Shown here piece by piece: positions 40,019 through 47,826 of a stretch of 47,826 nucleotides of DNA. How positions within the stretch are numbered: position 1 is the stretch's first letter; each line of letters begins with the position of its first letter. The position numbers and the translations under genes were made by a program. This DNA is from Candidatus Kaiserbacteria bacterium RIFCSPHIGHO2_12_FULL_53_13 (GTDB taxonomy: Bacteria; Patescibacteriota; Minisyncoccia; Phycocordibacterales; UBA2100). Location: assembly GCA_001781555.1 (NCBI GenBank), contig MFLP01000034.1:1788-49613 (forward strand). Direction: 5' to 3'. The notes beneath the pieces were generated by a model, which saw nothing but the letters and a program-made list of their open reading frames with translations, had not been told where the DNA came from and did not search any database.

Positions 40019-41791
40019 TTATATTGGCTCTGTAAAGAAGTCCCAAACATGCTCCGTTTCCGTATACCAATCTGCCACGTTCAAGAATCTCTCGGACGGA
40101 GTGATAAGCGCTCCCAACTTTATCCCTTCAAGCGCTTTCGGTACCACATAGATGAATTCAGGCGAGTACAAGAAGATGGCCGGCTGGTCTTTGTCGACTG
40201 CCGCGGCAAAAGTACCGTAAAGCTTCTCGCGAGCCCTGCGATCTGTCGTTGCGCGTGCCTGCGCGAGCAACGAATCGGCTTTGGCATTCGCATACATCGC
40301 GAGATTCAGCCCCGGGTCATTTCGCTGGCTTGAGTGCCAAAATGCAAAAAGGTCAAGCGTGCGCCCGACGACCTCTCCGAAAAATACAGCGTCATAAGAG
40401 CGCGGCCGGATTACATTCGTATTGAATTCCGAGATAGGGTATATATGAACATCTACGACGACTCCCGATGCGCGCCAGAATTCCGCGATCGCATTAGCAG
40501 TTGCCGAAAGTTCCGGAGCGTCGGCTGTTGCAAGGGCGATGGAGAGTGTCTGCTTGTTTTTCTTCCATACCTTTGCTTTTTCGTCGAATATCCATCCTCC
40601 GCGCGAAAGTATGCCACGCGCCTTTTCAGAATATGCGTCTTTCGCGACATTCGCAGTGCTTGAGTTCGGTGCTGACGATTGGTTCAGGAGAACACCCGGA
40701 GGTATCGGGCCATTTAAGACCGCCCCGTATCCTTTGAGAATCTCTTCGACAAGCGTGTTCTTGTCGACCGCCGCCGAAAGCGCCGCGCGCACAGACGCAT
40801 CCCTGAGAGCAGGCGAGTGCCCCTGGTTGAAGAACACTCCGAAGACGCGCGGAAGAGGGACGTGCATGATGACGCTGTCCGTGCGCTTGAGTGAAGCGAG
40901 CCCGGCGGGAGATATGTTTGTCATGCTGTCCACTTCGCCCGCGTTCATGGCTTTGATAAGCGCTTTCTCGTTCGGGTAAAAGAGAAAAGTTATCTTTTGC
41001 AGGTGCGGAGCGCGCGGCGGGAATTGTTTGAACGCCGTGAGAGTAAAGCTCTCCGCCGCGCCCGTGCCGTCCGTTTTGAATGAGGACACGCGATACGGGC
41101 CGCTTCCCACCGGGTGCGTGTTCAAAGGATTGAACGGGAACTCTTCCGAGCTCACGCTGCTCCACAGATGTTTCGGCAAGATACCGAGCGTCGTGTTCTC
41201 AAGGAATGGAGCGTACGCATGCGGTAGTTTGAAAATGACCGTTTGTTCGTCCGGGCTTGAAACGGTAACGCCCTCCCAGTCGGCGCGGCGGGGGCTTTTT
41301 ATATCCGGATTCTGTGCGGCTTGGACCGTGAAAAGTACGTCGGATGCTTTTACCGGAGTCCCGTCATGGAAGGTCGCGTCGGGGCGTATTGTGAAAGTGT
41401 AGGTGGTGCCGTCCTTTGATATTTCGTAATTACTCGCCATGCTTGGCACAACGGAACCGTCGGGAAGCGCACGGGTGAGGCCTGAGTATACGAGTTGTGT
41501 CAGGTCTTCGTCTGCCTGCGAGATGGCAAGAATAGGATTGATAAAACGCGGCGGGCCCACGATGCCTTCCGTAAGAGAGCCGCCGGCGGCAGGAACGATT
41601 ACTGAAACCGCTGAGTTGACTCCAACGAGAAGCGCCAACGTGCTCGCGGCAAGGGCTACGGTCAGGCAATACAAGACCAGCCGCTCACCGGGACGAAAAG
41701 TGCGCAGTAAATTCTCCAGTGTCCCAAAACGCTCAAAACTCCGCGGTCGCGTCATTTTTTCTCTAAGGTCTTCGGGGATTTCTATATCCAT
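40019..41791 (-). CDS. ABC transporter substrate-binding protein, family 5 (peptide/nickel type), membrane-anchored
   Basis: 590 aa with the N-terminal hydrophobic anchor LVLYCLTVALAASTLALLVGV. The length and pattern are SBP_bac_5-like. No permease or ATPase genes lie next to it in this window. Confidence 0.75.
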   Translation of the reverse strand: MDIEIPEDLREKMTRPRSFERFGTLENLLRTFRPGERLVLYCLTVALAASTLALLVGVNSAVSVIVPAAGGSLTEGIVGPPRFINPILAISQADEDLTQLVYSGLTRALPDGSVVPSMASNYEISKDGTTYTFTIRPDATFHDGTPVKASDVLFTVQAAQNPDIKSPRRADWEGVTVSSPDEQTVIFKLPHAYAPFLENTTLGILPKHLWSSVSSEEFPFNPLNTHPVGSGPYRVSSFKTDGTGAAESFTLTAFKQFPPRAPHLQKITFLFYPNEKALIKAMNAGEVDSMTNISPAGLASLKRTDSVIMHVPLPRVFGVFFNQGHSPALRDASVRAALSAAVDKNTLVEEILKGYGAVLNGPIPPGVLLNQSSAPNSSTANVAKDAYSEKARGILSRGGWIFDEKAKVWKKNKQTLSIALATADAPELSATANAIAEFWRASGVVVDVHIYPISEFNTNVIRPRSYDAVFFGEVVGRTLDLFAFWHSSQRNDPGLNLAMYANAKADSLLAQARATTDRRAREKLYGTFAAAVDKDQPAIFLYSPEFIYVVPKALEGIKLGALITPSERFLNVADWYTETEHVWDFFTEPI

Positions 41792-41941
41792 GATACTGGT
41801 TTGTTCTATTGAATTTTAACTGGCCAGGGTCTTGGCTGGCAGTGCTCAGAGGAAGCGATTCGGAATGCGTGCAGTACTTGTCCTTGGCAATATAAGCCGA
41901 GACTATGCCCGGCCAAAGGCAAGGAGCAATTGTATCAAGTT

Positions 41942-42193
41942 CTAGCTAATGAGTAAGTTAATGAGTGCCGAAAGCGCGAAAAGGATACCAAGGATTATGG
42001 TAGCCCAGAAAAGCGTCTTCTCCAAACCTCGGCGCGTGTGGAAACCGGAGCTAAAATTGTCGGCCCCGAATGCGCCTCCGAGCGATGCCCCCGTCTGCTG
42101 CAAAAGGATGGTGACGATGAGGAGCGCTGAGAGCGTTATCTGCACATACGGCAGAACCTGCTGGAGAAATGCCATGTGCCGGAAGTGTAGCAT
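41942..42193 (-). CDS. secG: Preprotein translocase subunit SecG
   Basis: It has two TM helices and LLQQTGASLGGAFG typical of SecG. ATG 42175 (MAFLQQ...) is a plausible alternative start. Confidence 0.8.
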   Translation of the reverse strand: MLHFRHMAFLQQVLPYVQITLSALLIVTILLQQTGASLGGAFGADNFSSGFHTRRGLEKTLFWATIILGILFALSALINLLIS

Positions 42194-42223
42194 AGGTGCG
42201 CCGGAAAATCAAAATGGTGCTCG

Positions 42224-42281
42224 AAGACTTCGTGTTTATTAACGGAGGAATCACTCAAACCGTTAATAAACACGAGGTCTT
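42224..42281. other. Long near-perfect hairpin (22-bp stem, 14-nt loop)
   Basis: AAGACTTCGTGTTTATTAACGG (42224-42245) pairs 21/22 with CCGTTAATAAACACGAGGTCTT (42260-42281). It lies between the small minus-strand ORF and secG. Confidence 0.8.
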
Positions 42282-42309
42282 TTCGCTTATGCCTGGGGAG
42301 GGGGAAGAA

Positions 42310-42346
42310 GAAAAAAAGTACGCCCCCAGGAAGTGTTTCCCTGGGG
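42310..42346 (-). terminator. Intrinsic terminator of the small minus-strand ORF
   Basis: On the minus strand the stem is CCCCCAGG / CCTGGGGG (42346-42322), followed by CGTAC and TTTTTTT. Confidence 0.65.
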
Positions 42347-42371
42347 GGTGCTGCCTTCGTCCCGTACTGGA

Positions 42372-42461
42372 CTTAGGCGGCCTTCTTCGCAGCATTCAAG
42401 GTGTTCGCTTGCGCGAACGCCGGCGCGCCCCGGATGCCCGCGGCGGCCAGTTTGGTCTTCA
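42372..42461 (-). CDS. Candidate 29-aa small protein (MKTKLAAAGIRGAPAFAQANTLNAAKKAA)
   Basis: It is below the ORF-track size cutoff. On the minus strand GGAGG lies 5 nt upstream of the ATG, the best Shine-Dalgarno match I saw in the window. A terminator follows about 25 nt after the TAA. Confidence 0.5.
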
Positions 42462-42658
42462 TGGTTTCCTCCAGTCGCGGCCGAGGCCGCGGATTGAAAG
42501 CCATCTCCCACGAGCCGCTTTCCCATCGGGGGCTTGGAGCCAACCTCCTAGCCTCGCAATGGATCTACTCGCTCTGGCAATACCAGCTTGCTTCAAGCTG
42601 TGAGTAAAGACACATAGGCCGATATGTTTTTTCGGAAATATTCCGGATAAGAAGAAGA

Positions 42659-42686
42659 ATTGACAGGAGATTCTCGCCTTATATAA
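42659..42686 (+). promoter_or_regulatory. Consensus sigma70-type promoter of groES-groEL
   Basis: TTGACA (42659-42664) is followed by a 16-nt spacer and TATAAT (42681-42686). Confidence 0.7.
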
Positions 42687-42749
42687 TGCCCCAACGTTGC
42701 AGTTTCTCTGCACCCCATTAGAAGGTAAGGATCAAATGAATTGATTCAT

Positions 42750-43079
42750 ATGAAAAAACAGTCCAAGGTTAAAAGTAGCAAGATGAGCAAGATACAACCG
42801 CTCTTCGACAAGGTTTTGGTAAAGCCGGAGGAAGTTGCTGATGAAAAGTCGCCATCCGGAATCATCATTCCCGACACGGCGCGCAAGGAAAAGCCGGAGC
42901 GCGGCGTTGTCGTCGCTGTTGGCCCCGGGAAGCCCGGAGATGATAACGAGATAATTCCGATGTCAGTTAAAGTCGGAGACAAGGTCGTCTTTTCCAAATA
43001 CGGCTACGACGAGGTGAAGATCAACGACGAGGAATACTACATCGTCGCGGAATCGAACATTCTCGCCGTCATCAAGTAA
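42750..43079 (+). CDS. groES: Co-chaperonin GroES
   Basis: KIQPLFDKVLVKPEE...GIIIPDTA...GKVVAVGPG matches GroES. The start is uncertain: TTG 42741, ATG 42750 or ATG 42783. Confidence 0.9.
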   Translation: MKKQSKVKSSKMSKIQPLFDKVLVKPEEVADEKSPSGIIIPDTARKEKPERGVVVAVGPGKPGDDNEIIPMSVKVGDKVVFSKYGYDEVKINDEEYYIVAESNILAVIK

Positions 43080-43116
43080 GCATTTACTAAAACCTGCAAC
43101 CTAAAACCTATCACCT

Positions 43117-44775
43117 ATGTCTGCCAAACAAGTAATTTTTGATTCAGAAGTCCGCAACGCCCTGAAGCGCGGCGTGGATATCGTCGCAGGCGCGGTCAAA
43201 GTCACGCTTGGGCCCCGAGGGCGCAATGTGGCACTCGACCGTTCATGGGGGAGCCCGACCATCACCAACGACGGCGTCACTATCGCAAAGGAAATCACGC
43301 TCGCTGACAAATTTGAGAACATGGGCGCCTCTATAGTCAAAGAAGTGGCATCCAAGACGAACGACAAGGCAGGCGATGGCACGACAACGGCCGTTGTCTT
43401 GACGCAAGCCATCGTGCACGAGGGCTTGAAGCGCACCGCGATGGGCGCCAACGCGATGATGGTTCGCCGCGGCATCGAAGCGGCGGCGAAAGATGCCGTC
43501 GAAGCGCTCAAAGCGATGGCGCGCCCCGTCGCGGGAAAGAATGACATCCGCCAGGTGGCGACCATATCCGCCGAATCGGAAGAGCTCGGAAAGAAGATCG
43601 CGGAAGTCGTCGAGAAGGTGGGCAAGGACGGCGTCGTTACGGTGGAGGAATCGCAGACGACCGACATTGAATCGGAATACGTCGAAGGCATGGAGTTCGA
43701 CAAGGGATATGTGTCCGCTTACATGATAACGAACCCGGAGCGGATGGAGGCCGAATCGAAAGATGCGGCCATCCTCGTGACCGACAAGAAGATCTCCACC
43801 ATTAAAGACATTCTTCCGCTTCTCGAGAAAATCGCCCAGAGCGGGAAGAAGGATCTCGTCATCATCGCCGACGACGTGGACGGCGAGGCCTTGGCGACGT
43901 TCGTCGTCAACAAACTGCGCGGCGTGTTCAACGTGCTCGCGGTCAAGGCCCCGGGCTACGGCGACCGGAAGAAAGAGATGCTCGCGGATATCGCCATCAC
44001 ATTAGGCGCGCAAGTCGTCTCCGAAGACCTCGGCATCAAGCTCGAGAACGTGGAATTGAACATGCTCGGCCGCGCGAATCGCGTCGTCGCGACGAAAGAT
44101 TCGACGGTCATCGTCGGCGGAAAAGGGAAGAAGGCCGACATCGAGGCGCGCGTCTCGCAACTCCGGAAGCAGTTGGAGAACACCGATTCGAAGTTCGACA
44201 AAGAGAAGCTCGAAGAGCGCATCGCGAAGCTCTCCGGCGGCGTCGCGGTCATCCGCGTGGGTGCCGCAACGGAGACCGAGATGAAATACTTAAAGGACAA
44301 GATCGAAGACGCGGTGAACGCGACGAAGGCCGCGATCGCCGAGGGCATCGTCCCCGGCGGCGGCTCGGCGCTCGCAAAAGTGGGCGCGAAGCTCGCGAAG
44401 AAAGTCGATGCGAAGGCGCACGATGAATACACGATCGGATACCGCATCCTCCTCTCCGCGCTTTCCGCTCCGCTTCTGCAGATCGTGAAGAATGCCGGAC
44501 GCGAGGACGGCGCGGTCATATTGCAAGACGTCGTGAAGAAAGCCGGCAACATGGGATTCAATGCGGCCACCGAAGCGGAATCGGAGGAGAGCAACATCGT
44601 AGACATGTTCGAGGCAGGCATCATCGACCCGGTCAAAGTGACGCGAAGCTGCGTGGAGAACGCGGCGTCAGCCGCGGCGGTCTTGCTCACGACCGAGGCG
44701 GCTGTTGCCGATATTCCAGAAGAGAAGAAATCTGCACCAGGCGGAATGCCGGGTGGGATGGAGGGGATGGACTAA
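43117..44775 (+). CDS. groEL: Chaperonin GroEL
   Basis: It has [25 protein letters not shown]-like [12 protein letters not shown] and a C-terminal [11 protein letters not shown]. Confidence 0.97.
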   Translation: MSAKQVIFDSEVRNALKRGVDIVAGAVKVTLGPRGRNVALDRSWGSPTITNDGVTIAKEITLADKFENMGASIVKEVASKTNDKAGDGTTTAVVLTQAIVHEGLKRTAMGANAMMVRRGIEAAAKDAVEALKAMARPVAGKNDIRQVATISAESEELGKKIAEVVEKVGKDGVVTVEESQTTDIESEYVEGMEFDKGYVSAYMITNPERMEAESKDAAILVTDKKISTIKDILPLLEKIAQSGKKDLVIIADDVDGEALATFVVNKLRGVFNVLAVKAPGYGDRKKEMLADIAITLGAQVVSEDLGIKLENVELNMLGRANRVVATKDSTVIVGGKGKKADIEARVSQLRKQLENTDSKFDKEKLEERIAKLSGGVAVIRVGAATETEMKYLKDKIEDAVNATKAAIAEGIVPGGGSALAKVGAKLAKKVDAKAHDEYTIGYRILLSALSAPLLQIVKNAGREDGAVILQDVVKKAGNMGFNAATEAESEESNIVDMFEAGIIDPVKVTRSCVENAASAAAVLLTTEAAVADIPEEKKSAPGGMPGGMEGMD

Positions 44776-44780
44776 CGCTC

Positions 44781-44907
44781 GGGGATTTTCCTACGTGGAG
44801 CCCGGCCGCACCTCCAGCGAGGTGCGGCCTTAGGTTCGCCGCACGATTTCGCCTTAGTCGAAAACCATGCTCGCGCGGCTGCACAGACTCCACGTAGGAA
44901 AATCCCC
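44781..44907. repeat. 127-nt element closed by a perfect 20-bp stem, between groEL and lemA
   Basis: GGGGATTTTCCTACGTGGAG (44781-44800) pairs with CTCCACGTAGGAAAATCCCC (44888-44907). The inner hairpin is GGCCGCACCTC-CAGC-GAGGTGCGGCC (44804-44829). An overlapping alternative is GTGCGGC-CTTAGGTTC-GCCGCAC. Confidence 0.8.
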
Positions 44908-44953
44908 TCGCTTGTATTGTGGAGAAAAGACAGAGTGATATAATTGTGTGCAT

Positions 44954-45514
44954 ATGAGTATTCCTTTCATAATCTTACTAGTCGCAGTCATCATCGTCTT
45001 GTGGGCGGTGTTTATTTACAATCGCTTCGTCGCGCTTACGAATCGTACGGAAGAGGCATGGTCCGATATCGACGTGCAGTTGAAGCGTCGGTACGACCTC
45101 GTCCCGAATCTGGTGGAAACAGTAAAAGGTTATGCAAAGCACGAGGCGGGGACATTGCAGAAGGTCACCGAAGCGCGCACGAAGGCGATGAATGCATCAA
45201 CCGTCGCGGAACACGCAGAAGCCGAGAATATGTTGACAGGCGCTTTGAAATCACTTTTTGCGGTTTCCGAGGCCTATCCCGATCTCAAGGCAAACACGAA
45301 CTTCGTCGAGCTCCAGCGCGAGCTTTCCGACACCGAGAACAAAATCCAGGCCGCGCGTCGCTTCTACAATTCCGTCGTGCAGGAGCTTCAGAACGCGCTT
45401 GAGATGTTCCCATCGAATCTTATCGGCAGCGCGTTCGGCTTCAAGACGCGCGAATTCTTCCAGCTCGGAGAAGGGGAGCAGGCGGCGCGGGAGCCGGTTA
45501 AAGTCAAATTCTAA
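44954..45514 (+). CDS. lemA: LemA family membrane protein
   Basis: An N-terminal TM helix is followed by YNRFVALTNRTEEAWSDIDVQLKRRYDLVPNLV, typical of LemA. TATAAT (44939-44944) lies 9 nt upstream of ATG 44954. The ORF-track start is GTG 44948. Confidence 0.9.
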   Translation: MSIPFIILLVAVIIVLWAVFIYNRFVALTNRTEEAWSDIDVQLKRRYDLVPNLVETVKGYAKHEAGTLQKVTEARTKAMNASTVAEHAEAENMLTGALKSLFAVSEAYPDLKANTNFVELQRELSDTENKIQAARRFYNSVVQELQNALEMFPSNLIGSAFGFKTREFFQLGEGEQAAREPVKVKF

Positions 45515-45565
45515 ATTACGCGTGGGCTCCGCTGTCCACTGTAAACTGCTCACTGATTTTTTGAT

Positions 45566-46462
45566 ATGGCTAGTCTATACACACAGCAAGGAAGAAATGT
45601 ATTCCGCACATGGGCGCTGATGAGCGCGTTTTTCCTGTTGGTCATGCTCGTCGGGTGGGCGATCTCGTGGTACATGCAGACTCCCGGAATACTTTGGGTC
45701 GCCGTCGCATTCGCGCTCGTGATGAACATAAGCGCCTATTGGTTCTCCGACAAAGTCGCGCTCACATCCGTCGGTGCCAAAGAGGCCGACCCGGTCAGAT
45801 TTCTTGAGTTGCATCGCATACTTGAGAACTTGTCTATAACAGCCGGACTCCCGAAGCCGCGTTTGTACATAATAGAAGACAACGCGCCCAACGCGTTTGC
45901 GGCGGGGCGCGATCCCAAACACGCGGTCGTAGCCGTGACGACGGGGCTCCTTGCGCGGCTTGACCGCGCCGAGCTTGAAGGCGTGCTTGCCCACGAACTC
46001 TCGCACGTGGGCAACCGCGATATTCTCGTGATGACGGTGGCTGTCGTTTTAGCCGGCCTCATTACCGTCGTTGTTGATATGTTCATTCGCGTCAGTTTTT
46101 TTGGCGGCGGGAACAATCGCGACCGCGGAGGCAACGCCCTGCTTGCGATAGCGGCGATTGCCGCTATCATCCTCGCTCCGCTCGCCGCGCAATTGATACA
46201 AATGGCGATATCGCGAAGGCGGGAATTTTTGGCGGATGCTTCCGGCGCTTTGCTCACGCGCTATCCCGAGGGCCTTGCTTCCGCTCTCCAAAAGATTTCT
46301 TCCTATGAAGCGCCGATGCGGAGAGCGAGCCACGCGACCGCGCACCTTTTCATCTCGAATCCGTTCGGCGCGCACGAGGCGGGGAAGTTTATCGCGAAGC
46401 TTTTCTCAACACACCCGCCGGTAGGAGAACGCGTCGCGGCATTGAAAGGGATGATCGTATAG
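45566..46462 (+). CDS. htpX: Zinc metalloprotease HtpX (peptidase M48)
   Basis: It has the HELSH zinc motif (LAHELSHVGNRD) and four TM segments. The lemA-htpX pairing is common. Confidence 0.92.
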   Translation: MASLYTQQGRNVFRTWALMSAFFLLVMLVGWAISWYMQTPGILWVAVAFALVMNISAYWFSDKVALTSVGAKEADPVRFLELHRILENLSITAGLPKPRLYIIEDNAPNAFAAGRDPKHAVVAVTTGLLARLDRAELEGVLAHELSHVGNRDILVMTVAVVLAGLITVVVDMFIRVSFFGGGNNRDRGGNALLAIAAIAAIILAPLAAQLIQMAISRRREFLADASGALLTRYPEGLASALQKISSYEAPMRRASHATAHLFISNPFGAHEAGKFIAKLFSTHPPVGERVAALKGMIV

Positions 46463-46468
46463 TGCGAT

Positions 46469-46945
46469 ATGCGTATCACGCGCGACGGAAAATTTGAACG
46501 CAGCGATATCTGGCGGGAAGGGAAGTGGCTCGACCTTTGGAGCGTTGTCCATCTGCTCTCCGGCGTATCTTTCGGACTTTCGATAGGGGTTCTTGGTTTG
46601 GGGACTGAAGCTTCAATTATCATCGTGCTCCTCGTTTTCGTGCTCTACGAGACGTGGGAAGCGATGGTGAAGATAAAGGAGACCCCGCAGAACCGGTTCA
46701 TGGACGTCGTGGTCGGTATGGCGAGCTTTGTGCCGACCTTTCTCCTCTCGCCAGCGTTGCCGGAGACACTCCTCATTCTTGCATTTGGATTCATACTGAC
46801 GGCGAACATTACGATGGCCGTATTCGGCTGGACTGCATCCCGCAAAGCCGAGGAGTTCGAACATAGATTGCGACTCAGGCTCGCCGAGCAGCGCAAGCGT
46901 CTCAGGGAGCGCCGCCTGCGCCGCATGGAGAGTCGGCAAAAGTGA
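46469..46945 (+). CDS. Hypothetical membrane protein with a basic C-terminal tail
   Basis: 158 aa with about 4 hydrophobic segments and a C-terminal RLRLRLAEQRKRLRERRLRRMESRQK. Confidence 0.6.
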   Translation: MRITRDGKFERSDIWREGKWLDLWSVVHLLSGVSFGLSIGVLGLGTEASIIIVLLVFVLYETWEAMVKIKETPQNRFMDVVVGMASFVPTFLLSPALPETLLILAFGFILTANITMAVFGWTASRKAEEFEHRLRLRLAEQRKRLRERRLRRMESRQK

Positions 46946-47034
46946 TGCCCTGTGTCCGCGGTGTTTTTTGACAGGATGCAAATTCCTGAAAAAGAAGCAG
47001 TTCTTGGTAATTTAAGTGACATATTAACCTTTAA

Positions 47035-47054
47035 TATACCGATATATCGGTATA
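47035..47054. promoter_or_regulatory. Perfect 20-bp palindrome TATACCGATATATCGGTATA (copy 1)
   Basis: It is identical to 47493-47512 and lies just 3' of the TrpR-like gene. Confidence 0.7.
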
Positions 47055-47063
47055 TAACAGATT

Positions 47064-47459
47064 CTAATCGGTCCAAAGCCGCCTTCTAATATCATTTAGT
47101 CTTTTCTTGTGTCCCGCCCCGGTAATTGGTCTCCCTCCTGTTAATAATAATTCAAGGAGTTCAAGGAATGATACTCTCATGCGTCCTCGCAGCGCTTTTA
47201 TAATGGGTTCATATGCGCCAGCTTCGAGCTCACCATGAATTCTTTTGATGGTAGAGGTGCTCATTTTCAGACTCTTTGAGATGCGATAGTACGAGAATTC
47301 TTTTTCCAACATAACGATAAGCGCAAGGCGTTTTGCCAACATCGTTTGTTCTGTGAGTGTCAAAAGCGACCGTAATATTTCATGGCCTTGCGATCCAGAA
47401 GCAGAAAATAATGCACGCGTGAAATTAGTTGAAATTCGGCTTTCAATCTTGCGCTTCAT
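47064..47459 (-). CDS. TrpR/YerC-YecD-family helix-turn-helix protein
   Basis: LTLTEQTMLAKRLALIVMLEKEFSYYRISKSLKMSTSTIKRIHGEL is typical of the family. ATG 47459 is preferred over the ORF-track 47552, which would read through the promoter and palindrome. Confidence 0.75.
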   Translation of the reverse strand: MKRKIESRISTNFTRALFSASGSQGHEILRSLLTLTEQTMLAKRLALIVMLEKEFSYYRISKSLKMSTSTIKRIHGELEAGAYEPIIKALRGRMRVSFLELLELLLTGGRPITGAGHKKRLNDIRRRLWTD

Positions 47460-47492
47460 TCTGTATTTTGATACATGGGTCATATGCCAGAT

Positions 47493-47512
47493 TATACCGA
47501 TATATCGGTATA
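47493..47512. promoter_or_regulatory. Perfect 20-bp palindrome TATACCGATATATCGGTATA (copy 2), candidate operator
   Basis: It overlaps the minus-strand TATAAT (47491-47496), about 31 nt upstream of the TrpR-like ATG. Confidence 0.7.
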
Positions 47513-47572
47513 CATGTCTTGTCTTAAAATGATTTTGTGGATAGGGAATCATATCGTATACTTTTCACTCAC

Positions 47573-47657
47573 GGAGGCGTCGGATAGTGGTTTATTCCAC
47601 CGCCTTGGAAAGGCGGCATGCCGCAAGGCATCGTGAGTTCGAATCTCACCGCCTCCG
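47573..47657 (+). tRNA. tRNA-Ser (anticodon GGA)
   Basis: The acceptor stem is GGAGGCG/CGCCTCC. The anticodon stem is CCGCC/GGCGG with loop TTGGAAA. A long variable arm CATGCCGCAAGGCATC and T arm GTGAG-TTCGAAT-CTCAC are present. The discriminator is G and CCA is not encoded. Confidence 0.92.
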
Positions 47658-47715
47658 CTCTGAAAAGGAGAAAGCGCAATTATGCAAAGAATTAAATGAG
47701 CTATAATGTACCTTA

Positions 47716-47826
47716 ATGTCGGTCGAGCTCTACCAGACTTTTCTTCTCATCGGATCGATTCTCGGATTTTACCTCGCGTATCTTTATGGAAGAAAAACCA
47801 CACGATTTAGATGGAGTGAGTATTTT
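47716..47826 (+). CDS. Partial (5' end only) hypothetical membrane protein
   Basis: The frame is open from ATG 47716 to the window end (MSVELYQTFLLIGSILGFYLAYLYGRK...). TATAAT (47702-47707) lies 8 nt upstream. Confidence 0.45.
   Translation, partial: MSVELYQTFLLIGSILGFYLAYLYGRKTTRFRWSEYF

Noticed and set aside
42290-42640. The GC-rich ORF-poor region considered as tmRNA, RNase P RNA, SRP RNA or 6S RNA.
   Set aside because: I looked on both strands for hallmark strings: GAGGAAAGTCC-type P4 for RNase P, a GGTTCGAATCC-type T-loop plus tag ORF for tmRNA, and GGAAGCAGCC-type domain IV for SRP. I found none. It is left as an unassigned leader or ncRNA candidate.
42687-42749. A CIRCE (HrcA) operator upstream of groES.
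   Set aside because: No TTAGCACTC-N9-GAGTGCTAA-like inverted repeat is present. Only a weak 5-bp hairpin (TGCAG-TTTCT-CTGCA) is seen.

Overview
This is a 47.8-kb chromosomal window using the standard genetic code; TGA, TAA and TAG all terminate recognisable genes. It holds about 45 protein genes and one tRNA-Ser(GGA). Most content is housekeeping: thrS, dnaE, rnhB, rpmF, a nusB-Nudix fusion, rnc, a short smc, rpsP, a DEAD-box helicase, glmS, argG-argH-argF, metK, maf, a YvcK-like gene, nth, a murF-like gene, ddl, two HAD-IB phosphatases, RNase J, a family-5 solute-binding protein, secG, groES-groEL and lemA-htpX. Several proteins are domain-trimmed or oddly fused, which suggests a reduced-genome (CPR/Patescibacteria-like) bacterium; that is inference only. 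Accessory content is a Doc toxin module and an AT-richer islet directly 3' of glmS (ArsR, MazG-like, Mrr, amino-methyltransferase, DGQHR/DndB-like protein). The most unusual signals are non-coding. (1) Six copies of a ~100-125-nt element carry 12-15-bp inverted arms (YCCCGTTAGAAG ... CTTCTAACGGGR) that end exactly on the start codon of thrS, smc, argF, maf, a hydrolase and ddl. The arms covary with ATG versus GTG. In 5 of the 6 copies the 5' arm follows the ATG of a mini-ORF beginning MxPVR, and in 4 of those 5 that ATG sits in a leaderless -10 context. (2) Many genes have a -10 box 5-9 nt before the ATG and no Shine-Dalgarno sequence, so they look leaderless. (3) G-free CCTAACACCT-type leaders precede three other genes. 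(4) A ~97-nt palindromic repeat family has three copies with compensatory stem changes. All calls come from reading the sequence and the ORF track; no database search was possible.
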